A DNA stretch of 40,089 nucleotides from Coriobacteriia bacterium (lineage in GTDB: Bacteria; Actinomycetota; Coriobacteriia; Coriobacteriales; JAEZZM01). The notes under the pieces are model-generated. The model was not told the origin of the DNA. It worked only from the letters and a program-made list of their open reading frames with translations, and made no database searches. The translations under genes and the position numbers were made by a program. The stretch is taken from assembly GCA_030532415.1 (NCBI GenBank), contig JAUNLE010000003.1:11107-51195 (forward strand), given 5' to 3'. This document shows, in pieces, positions 34,077 to 40,089 of the stretch (its first letter is position 1; every line of letters begins with the position of its first letter).

Positions 34077-34167
34077 GAATCAAAAGTATTTTTATTACAT
34101 AAAGGTATTAAACAGAAGTGATGTCTGACTTTTAGTTAGTGGCGAGCGTCGAGCACCACCAACGTAC

Positions 34168-34202
34168 AAAGGCACGGCAGATGGCGTATCTACCGCGCCT
34201 TT
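34168..34202. terminator. Possible bidirectional hairpin between convergent genes
   Basis: AAAGGCACGGCAGA / TCTACCGCGCCTTT (14 bp, 2 mismatches). The flanking T-runs are short. Confidence 0.35.
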
Positions 34203-34243
34203 AATTAATCACTTAACGTGAAAATTAGCTCTATTGCCTTTTC

Positions 34244-35857
34244 TTAATTTCTTTTAAGGAAAGGTTTATTTTTAAGAATGAAGACACTTCCTAGGAGTAC
34301 TGCTGCACTAAGGATGCTATACCAAGCAAAGTTGTTTGAAGCATCTCCTGTTTTAGGGAGTGCACTTGGCTTAGCCTTGACTACTTGTTGTTGTGCACCT
34401 TCTGAATAGAAGTCATCTCGAGCATAACGGTCTGATGAAGGGCGTTTAATAGCACTTTCATCTGCAGCTTTCCAGACTGCAGTTAGGCTGTGATCTGAAG
34501 TAAATTCATACTCTTGTCCTGCGTAGTATCTAGAACCTTCCCAGTAAGCAAATTCATAACCTTGGCGCTTAGGACCTTCTGGCATTCTGACTTTCACACC
34601 ATCTTTTACAGGAATTTTTGCTTGGTCTTTATAAGTAATGCCATTTATTACAAGCTCATAACCTGGGAAGTTAAAGGTAAGGATGTGGATGTCACTTGAG
34701 CTAGAGCTTCCCGTTCCTTTATCTACGAAAGTTGCATTCAGTTTTACACTAAAATCAAAGGATTCTCTATCTTTATCAGCTTTGTATGTGTATGTCACAG
34801 TAGTAGGCGTAGCTGCATCAAAAGTTAAGGTGTTATCGGACGCAGATACATTATCCGTACTCCAGTCAACTGCATTAGAAAAATTAAAATTGCCAGGTAA
34901 AGAAGAGAGGTCGAATTTAAGAGTATTCTTATCAACTTCGATAGAATACTCTTGATCAGATGCGTCGAAATCGTCAGAATCAAGATTTAAATTATTACTT
35001 ACATTCAAGCTTGTTAATTGATTGTTTGCGCAACCCAAATACCACAAAGACTCGTTTTTACTTACGACTAAACTGGTTAACTGATTGTTGGCGCATTCCA
35101 ACTTTTTCAATGCGCTGTTTTGACGGACGTCAAGCTCGGTCAACTGATTGTCGGAACAATACAATTCCTCCAACGCCGTGTTTTGACTGACGTCAAGCTC
35201 GGTCAACTGATTGTCGGAGCAATACAATTCCTCCAACGCCGTGTTTTGACTGACGTCAAGCTCGGTCAACTGATTGGAGTCACACTCCAACCCTATCAAT
35301 GCTGGATGTCGGGTGACGTCCAGCTTGTTCAATTTATTTTCATCGCAATACAAATATTCCAATGCTGTGTTATTACTGAGGTCTAGTTCAGTCAACTGAT
35401 TATCAGAGCATCTCAGATATATCAATGCAGTATTTTCGCTAACATTTAACTCAGTCAGCCGCTGTTTGGGGCAAGAAAAATGTCTCAAGCTCTTGTTATT
35501 GCTGACATCTAGCTCTTCTAACAAATTGCCGCGACACTGCAATAATTCCAGTGCTGTATTTTGGCTGACGTCTAGACTAGCTAACTGATTTTCCCAGCAT
35601 TTCAATTGCTTCAATGCGGTATTTTTGCTCACGTCCAGACTGGTTAGTGAGTTTTGACTACAATCAAGAGTAGTAAGTTTAGTAAAATGTTCCACTCCCG
35701 TGAGGTCAGCAATGCCTTTATTATCAACGAAAATCGCTTCTACTGCATCTCTCTCCTCTTGAGAGAGCGTCCCGTCAGTATTCGTGTCGAAAGTTTTTAC
35801 ATACTCTCTAAATTTCTCATCTGGAAACGCGTCTTCAATAACAACGCCCCCCCCCAT
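34244..35857 (-). CDS. Internalin-like LRR surface protein with LPXTG sorting signal (mature part; out of frame with its signal peptide)
   Basis: 537-aa ORF with about 11 LRR units of 21-22 aa (LTELDVSQNTALEELYCSDNQ) and a Listeria-Bacteroides (Flg_new) repeat (GYEFAYWEG...LTAVW). The C-terminus is LPKTGD, a hydrophobic helix and KRN. The ORF-track start MGGG lies inside a G9 tract and has no signal peptide. Confidence 0.85.
   Translation of the reverse strand: MGGGVVIEDAFPDEKFREYVKTFDTNTDGTLSQEERDAVEAIFVDNKGIADLTGVEHFTKLTTLDCSQNSLTSLDVSKNTALKQLKCWENQLASLDVSQNTALELLQCRGNLLEELDVSNNKSLRHFSCPKQRLTELNVSENTALIYLRCSDNQLTELDLSNNTALEYLYCDENKLNKLDVTRHPALIGLECDSNQLTELDVSQNTALEELYCSDNQLTELDVSQNTALEELYCSDNQLTELDVRQNSALKKLECANNQLTSLVVSKNESLWYLGCANNQLTSLNVSNNLNLDSDDFDASDQEYSIEVDKNTLKFDLSSLPGNFNFSNAVDWSTDNVSASDNTLTFDAATPTTVTYTYKADKDRESFDFSVKLNATFVDKGTGSSSSSDIHILTFNFPGYELVINGITYKDQAKIPVKDGVKVRMPEGPKRQGYEFAYWEGSRYYAGQEYEFTSDHSLTAVWKAADESAIKRPSSDRYARDDFYSEGAQQQVVKAKPSALPKTGDASNNFAWYSILSAAVLLGSVFILKNKPFLKRN
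35116..35276 (-). repeat. Near-identical 63-bp tandem repeat (about 2.5 copies) inside the LRR array
   Basis: Units 35116-35178 and 35179-35241 differ at 2 of 63 positions. A third partial unit is identical for 35 nt. Each unit encodes one 21-aa LRR. Confidence 0.9.
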
Positions 35858-35966
35858 TTTCAGAAGCGAGGGCGGTCTGTGCCATCATAGATAGCACGCC
35901 AAATACCAGTGCAAGAACCATTGCCAAAATCGGCATTACCGCACTGAATGTCTTTCTACTCTCCAT
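35835..35966 (-). other. 5' segment encoding the signal peptide of the LRR protein, in a different frame from the main ORF
   Basis: My manual translation from the ATG at 35966 (RBS GAAAGGGGAAAG upstream) gives MESRKTFSAVMPILAMVLALVFGVLSMMAQTALASENGGGRCY-stop. One fewer G would read ...ASENGGGVVIEDAFPDEK, in frame with the 537-aa ORF. Confidence 0.75.
35847..35855 (-). repeat. Homopolymeric G9 tract (C9 on the plus strand): candidate slipped-strand phase-variation switch
   Basis: Nine consecutive C at 35847-35855. The tract lies exactly at the junction between the signal-peptide frame and the mature LRR frame. Confidence 0.85.
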
Positions 35967-36074
35967 TACAACTTTCCCCTTTCAATTCAGCTCGTTCTAT
36001 TCTACTCCTTTTTATATAAATAGTCTCTAGTAATGGCCTAAGGTCATAATGGCTTGCTCATCGGCTTGCAAAAC

Positions 36075-36110
36075 AAAAAAATCCCCGCACTCTTTCGATG
36101 TACGGGGATT
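36075..36110 (-). terminator. Rho-independent terminator of the locus-4 operon
   Basis: On the minus strand, ATCCCCGTAC / GTGCGGGGAT (10 bp including one G-U) with a 9-nt loop, then T7. Confidence 0.75.
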
Positions 36111-36147
36111 ATTCAAACTAAGGTAAATCTTTATGCTTTACCAGTAA

Positions 36148-37083
36148 TTATTCATATCTTGGTTCAGCATGTTCCTTGTAAATTTGTAAGAACTTTTCAT
36201 CGCCCTTAGGTAAGCGGTCATGATACTTCTGTTGACCTTTAATCAACATCATATCGTTAGTCCATACCACTAAGAAGCGTAAGATTAAACCACCAATGAG
36301 TACGAGTACTGCAGCAAGAACGCCAAGTGCCTCGCTTCCCATGAGATAGAACACGAGAGGTATTACAAGACCACATGCAACAAGACCAAGCCAGAATGCA
36401 AGTGAGAAATCGCCTTTTACCCACTTAAGCGCTGCTTTCTTAGCAACTACATTACCTGCACCAATGAGCAAGCCTAGGTAGATACCAACAATCATAAGTT
36501 CGAAAACAATAAGACCGGTATCCACTGAGTGGAAAATACCTAGTGCACGTTCAACCAATTCAGGATTGCTTTCAAGAAGCTTGCCAACACTTAAGGAGTG
36601 AGCTGCACATCCTGTTGAAAGAGCAGATACGAAGAACAAAATTGGTAGTGCTGGTGTTGACCAGAATGGGTGTGCTTTCAAACTAGCCAATAAAACACCG
36701 GTGTAAACCATGATAGCTGCACCAGAAATTCCGGATACTACTAATAATGGTACGCGTGCTCCAGCCAACATTGCAAAAGGTTCCCAATATGAAATCAAGA
36801 GGAGGAAACTTGCGATCAAAGCGATTGAAAGCAAGGTAGCACCCCACATGATGATAGCAGTTGGTCTTAAGAAGACTCGATAAAATACGGTTGGTTGACC
36901 CAACTCAAATACTAAGAAGAAACAACCCACACCAAGCGCTAAGAGCGACACAATAATTGGAGCAATAAAGAGCTCAATTGGGAAAGCCATGAAGTATAAG
37001 CACATAGCAAGGAACAGAATCGCTCCTCCAAGGCCACCCAAGAATAGATATATGGCGATTGGCCAAGTCCAATAACGTTTCAT
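36148..37083 (-). CDS. NrfD/PsrC/DmsC-family integral membrane quinol-interacting subunit
   Basis: 311-aa ORF with about 8 TM helices. The N-terminal WTWPIAIYLFLGGLGGA is the NrfD-family signature. It starts 2 nt after the beta-subunit stop. Confidence 0.9.
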   Translation of the reverse strand: MKRYWTWPIAIYLFLGGLGGAILFLAMCLYFMAFPIELFIAPIIVSLLALGVGCFFLVFELGQPTVFYRVFLRPTAIIMWGATLLSIALIASFLLLISYWEPFAMLAGARVPLLVVSGISGAAIMVYTGVLLASLKAHPFWSTPALPILFFVSALSTGCAAHSLSVGKLLESNPELVERALGIFHSVDTGLIVFELMIVGIYLGLLIGAGNVVAKKAALKWVKGDFSLAFWLGLVACGLVIPLVFYLMGSEALGVLAAVLVLIGGLILRFLVVWTNDMMLIKGQQKYHDRLPKGDEKFLQIYKEHAEPRYE

Positions 37084-37085
37084 GG

Positions 37086-37664
37086 TTATAACTGACCTCC
37101 TCTATTAGGAATATAGTAAACCTGAGGATCAGTTCCCAACTCTTCTAAAAGTCGGACCGTCTCAACAGAGTTAATAATCTTTGAAACCTCGCTATTTGGA
37201 TCATCTAAATCACCAAAGATACGAGCTTTTTGGTGACAAGTCTTTACGCAATAAGGAGTGAAATCTGGATCTACATCTCTTTCATCCTTGCAGAAGGTAC
37301 ATTTTCTAGCATATTGCTCAAGTCTTGGAACCATGTGTGAGGAATCTCTTGAGCTATAAGGACAAGCGTTAATGCAAACTTTACAGCCCATGCATTTTGC
37401 ACTATCAATCCAAACAGTTCCATCTTCTTCTTGCATGCTTGCACCGGTTGGACAACATGGAACACATGGAGGGTTTTCACAATGCATGCAAATTAAAGGT
37501 AACCAATTCTCATGCACGTTAGGGAAAACACCTTTCACTCCCTCAGATACCACTGGATTGTAGGTGATATCCATAGGTAAATCATTCCACGTTCTACATG
37601 CTACGGTGCAAGAATGACATCCGATGCAACGCGTTTGATCCATAATCATAACTAAACGAGTCAT
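37086..37664 (-). CDS. 4x[4Fe-4S] electron-transfer beta subunit (DmsB/PsrB/NrfC-like)
   Basis: 192-aa ORF with four Cys groups: CIGCHSCTVAC, CMHCENPPCVPCCP, CMGCKVCINACP and CTFCKDER...CVKTC. Its ATG abuts the alpha-subunit TAA. Confidence 0.9.
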   Translation of the reverse strand: MTRLVMIMDQTRCIGCHSCTVACRTWNDLPMDITYNPVVSEGVKGVFPNVHENWLPLICMHCENPPCVPCCPTGASMQEEDGTVWIDSAKCMGCKVCINACPYSSRDSSHMVPRLEQYARKCTFCKDERDVDPDFTPYCVKTCHQKARIFGDLDDPNSEVSKIINSVETVRLLEELGTDPQVYYIPNRGGQL

Positions 37665-40089
37665 TTATTCTTGCCCCCCTATCAATTCGCGTGTCTCCAG
37701 GTCATAACGAAGACCTGTCTCCATATCAATCAAATTATTTTGTTCAGGATCGAAGGCATAACCTGAATATAAATCGTAGTAAACGCCTTCGCTATCGTAG
37801 AGCCAACCAGAATCGATATCATAGAAGTAACCAGTAGCTTCTTGATACGCAATCTTTTGGCTATCGTCCCATAAAATTCCCTCTGGTAATTCAACGCCAG
37901 GTCCTGGAACGTATGGAATAGGATCAATTGCAAGTTTTGCGTCTGAAGGCATTACGGAAACACCCGGAGTACTTGCAGAACCTGGGATTGACCAAGTAGT
38001 GTCTGACTTAGCCTTCATTTCTGAGTCTTTAACCTTGTAGACCTTACATAAAAGACCACGGTTTGCCCAGCTACCGCCGATTGGATCGCAGTGATCGTCA
38101 TCAACAGAAGTTAAAACGTTAGCATTTGAAATTAAGCAACCAAATGGAGCTTCTTTATCAGCGGTGCCAAGTTCTGGATACCACCAACCACGCTGTACGA
38201 AGATAACATTTTCAGCAACTGCAGGCTCAACATTAGCTCTTTGTCTAATGCGTCCACGTCTGGTCTCAATCCAATACCAATCGCCATCTTTAATCTTGTA
38301 CTTCTTAGCGGTTGCATTGTTAACCGTGAAGTATGGATCGTGATAGAGGTATCTAACTGAGGCAAGTTGGAAGTGCTCTGAGTGGTGATATGGCATGAAA
38401 GCGCCGCCCGTGGTAAGGGTAAGAGGATACTCTTTAGCTAACTCAGGATGATCAATGTCATTTTCTGCTGAAGGAATATAGGTTGGAAGTGCTGGATAAC
38501 CTAGTTCAGCTAAGACTGAAGACTTCAATTCAACCTTACCTGATGCAGTGCAGAAGCCCTTGTCGCCATATTTGTAATATCTAAGTGGTGGGTAGTAGTA
38601 ACGATACTTTTCAACGAACTCATCATAACTATTTACCTGATAACCAAGTGGATAGATGAGGTAGTAGAATACTTCTTCCTCATTGTCCCATGGCCACATT
38701 TCTTCTGGCTGTCCAGTAGCAAGCGCAAGGTCTTTCCAGAAGGTATAGTCGGTACGGCGCTCATACATTGGATCGATTGCTCGTTGTGAACAAATGATTG
38801 AGTCAGTAACACCGTAGTTTGTGTGAACAGTAGGTCTTTCTAGCGCACCTGCGATTGGAATGACGTAGTCAGAGAAAATTGCAGTAGGAGTCATCCAATA
38901 ATCACAAGTAACTAAGAATTCAACTTTCTTCAGAGCCTCTAAGGTCATCTTTGAGTCTCCGTATGAGTTGATTGGGTTGGTAGCTGAAACTAAGAGTGCG
39001 CGAACTTGATAAGGATCGCCCGTTAATATTGCCTTGAAAACAGATGGTCCGTGAGCTTCGCACATCCACTCTGCAGTTGGTGCCTTACCCCAGGTTCTCT
39101 TTGCAATATCTGCAATTTTTTGATATCCAGGCCATGAAGTAAGTTTGAATTTGTCTGAACCAATTTGCTTTGCTTTTTGCTCTTCAGGAAGCCAGTCATT
39201 AGCCTCGAGCTCTTCGTCGGTAACATAACCGAAGCTTGGTCCAGGCATAAGGTCTCCACCAGGACAATCAAGGTTACCGGTAATAGCACGCATAATTGCA
39301 CGGGCATGCATACCTGTACCACTGGTAGGTCCTAGTTGGTCGTTGTTTGAACCCCATTGAATGTTTCCTGGGGTGTTGGTTGCATACAGACGAGCTGCTT
39401 CTCTAATCTTTTGTGGCTCAAGCCAAGTAATTTCAGAAGCCCACTCTGGTGTATATTGCTTCATGTGCTCATAGAGTTCTGGGAAACCAATGCACCAATT
39501 CTCAACGAAAGCTCGATCATAAAGACCTTCAAAAATAATTACATGGAGCATTGCAAGAGCTAAAGCAGTATCAGAACCTGGTTTCAAAGGTAACCATAAA
39601 TCAGCTTTTGAAGCGGTTTCAGAGAAACGAGGATCAACAACGATGAGCTTTAAACCATTTTTTTGAAGATCGGTATAGCCATGCATACCAGGAAGTCCAG
39701 ATGCGCCTGGGTTGTATCCCCAAAGAATTACGCATTTAGAAGAACCAAGGTCGGTCTCAAAAGGACTCCAGCCAGAAACTGCTGTCTCAACCATGAATGT
39801 TGGAATCCAACAAAGAAGTGCGTTGTGGAATGAGTTTGGTGAACCAAACATATTCATAAAACGTCTACGAGACCAGTCTTCTGTTCTTAAAGTACCACCA
39901 GCTGTCGCAACAGCCTCGGCTCCGCTTTCTTCTCTAATTTGTAAGAGCTTTTCGGCAATTTCTTGAATGGCTTGTTCCCATGAGATTCTTTCCCATTTGT
40001 TTTCGCCACGTTCGCCTTTTCTTTTAAGCGGATAGTTAATACGAGAAGGATGATCAATATGTTGTAGTGCTATATTACCTCTGCAACAT
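37665..40089 (-). CDS. Molybdopterin oxidoreductase catalytic alpha subunit (MoOx-4), 5'-truncated by the window edge
   Basis: The ORF-track start at 39857 is internal. I translated the same frame upstream and it stays open to 40089 (...CCRGNIALQHIDHPSRINYPLKRKGERGENKWERISWEQAIQEIAEKLLQIREESGAEAVATAGG...). The MopB core ends at RGLLCKVYKV and is followed by a 121-aa tail. Confidence 0.9.
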   Translation of the reverse strand, partial: CCRGNIALQHIDHPSRINYPLKRKGERGENKWERISWEQAIQEIAEKLLQIREESGAEAVATAGGTLRTEDWSRRRFMNMFGSPNSFHNALLCWIPTFMVETAVSGWSPFETDLGSSKCVILWGYNPGASGLPGMHGYTDLQKNGLKLIVVDPRFSETASKADLWLPLKPGSDTALALAMLHVIIFEGLYDRAFVENWCIGFPELYEHMKQYTPEWASEITWLEPQKIREAARLYATNTPGNIQWGSNNDQLGPTSGTGMHARAIMRAITGNLDCPGGDLMPGPSFGYVTDEELEANDWLPEEQKAKQIGSDKFKLTSWPGYQKIADIAKRTWGKAPTAEWMCEAHGPSVFKAILTGDPYQVRALLVSATNPINSYGDSKMTLEALKKVEFLVTCDYWMTPTAIFSDYVIPIAGALERPTVHTNYGVTDSIICSQRAIDPMYERRTDYTFWKDLALATGQPEEMWPWDNEEEVFYYLIYPLGYQVNSYDEFVEKYRYYYPPLRYYKYGDKGFCTASGKVELKSSVLAELGYPALPTYIPSAENDIDHPELAKEYPLTLTTGGAFMPYHHSEHFQLASVRYLYHDPYFTVNNATAKKYKIKDGDWYWIETRRGRIRQRANVEPAVAENVIFVQRGWWYPELGTADKEAPFGCLISNANVLTSVDDDHCDPIGGSWANRGLLCKVYKVKDSEMKAKSDTTWSIPGSASTPGVSVMPSDAKLAIDPIPYVPGPGVELPEGILWDDSQKIAYQEATGYFYDIDSGWLYDSEGVYYDLYSGYAFDPEQNNLIDMETGLRYDLETRELIGGQE

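Noticed and set aside
34975-35710. Regularly spaced 63-66-bp repeats that could superficially resemble a CRISPR array
   Set aside because: The periodicity is in frame within a long ORF and encodes leucine-rich repeats (LxxLxLxxN pattern). There are no unique spacers between conserved repeats and no cas genes in the window.
1-40089. Mobile element, prophage, genomic-island boundaries, tRNA/rRNA genes, selenocysteine recoding in the Mo enzymes
   Set aside because: I saw no transposase, integrase, recombinase or phage-like ORFs, no terminal inverted or direct repeats flanking a block, and no cloverleaf-like tRNA candidates. All four Mo enzyme ORFs are uninterrupted by in-frame TGA, so there is no evidence for Sec/SECIS.

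Overview
AT-rich (about 40% GC by eye, not computed) 40.1-kb chromosomal segment from a Gram-positive strict anaerobe, judged from an LPXTG sorting signal and dense Fe-S, radical-SAM and Hdr-like content. I recognised no rRNA, tRNA, CRISPR array, transposase or integrase. The window is a reductase island. It holds four DMSO-reductase-family (bis-MGD molybdopterin) oxidoreductase loci, each with different partners. These are interleaved with three LuxR-family regulators: two MalT-like ATPase-TPR-LuxR proteins and one polytopic-membrane LuxR. This layout is best known from gut Coriobacteriia/Eggerthellaceae, but that taxonomic call is inference only. Locus 1 (4217-10562, minus strand) is a 929-aa Mo enzyme, a mini-ferredoxin, an AAA_5/MoxR ATPase and a VWA protein. 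Locus 2 (16936-25194, minus) is an HdrB-like CCG protein, a Mo enzyme, a DUF2064-like transferase, a COG1964-type radical SAM, a ferredoxin-DUF169 fusion, a GNAT and an HdrD-like protein. Locus 3 (27197-30169, plus) is an uncalled 59-aa Cys-rich ORF, a Mo enzyme and a 110-aa mini beta subunit, followed by a SpoVAC/SpoVAEB-like membrane protein. Locus 4 (36148 to beyond 40089, minus) is a classical alpha/beta/NrfD complex whose alpha subunit has a repeat-bearing C-terminal tail and runs off the window. Other content includes an ArsM-fold methyltransferase, a Cys-rich protein, a G3E GTPase and a PhnP-like MBL hydrolase (58-3905). There is also an operon with an N-terminally truncated trigger-factor homologue flanked by two zinc-ribbon proteins (13767-15707), and a PadR plus flavin-reductase pair. 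An internalin-like LRR/LPXTG surface protein has its signal peptide frameshifted from the mature part by a G9 homopolymer (candidate phase variation). The strongest candidates for undescribed biology are loci 1 and 2, a promoter module shared between locus 1 and the trigger-factor-like operon, and the poly-G switch.
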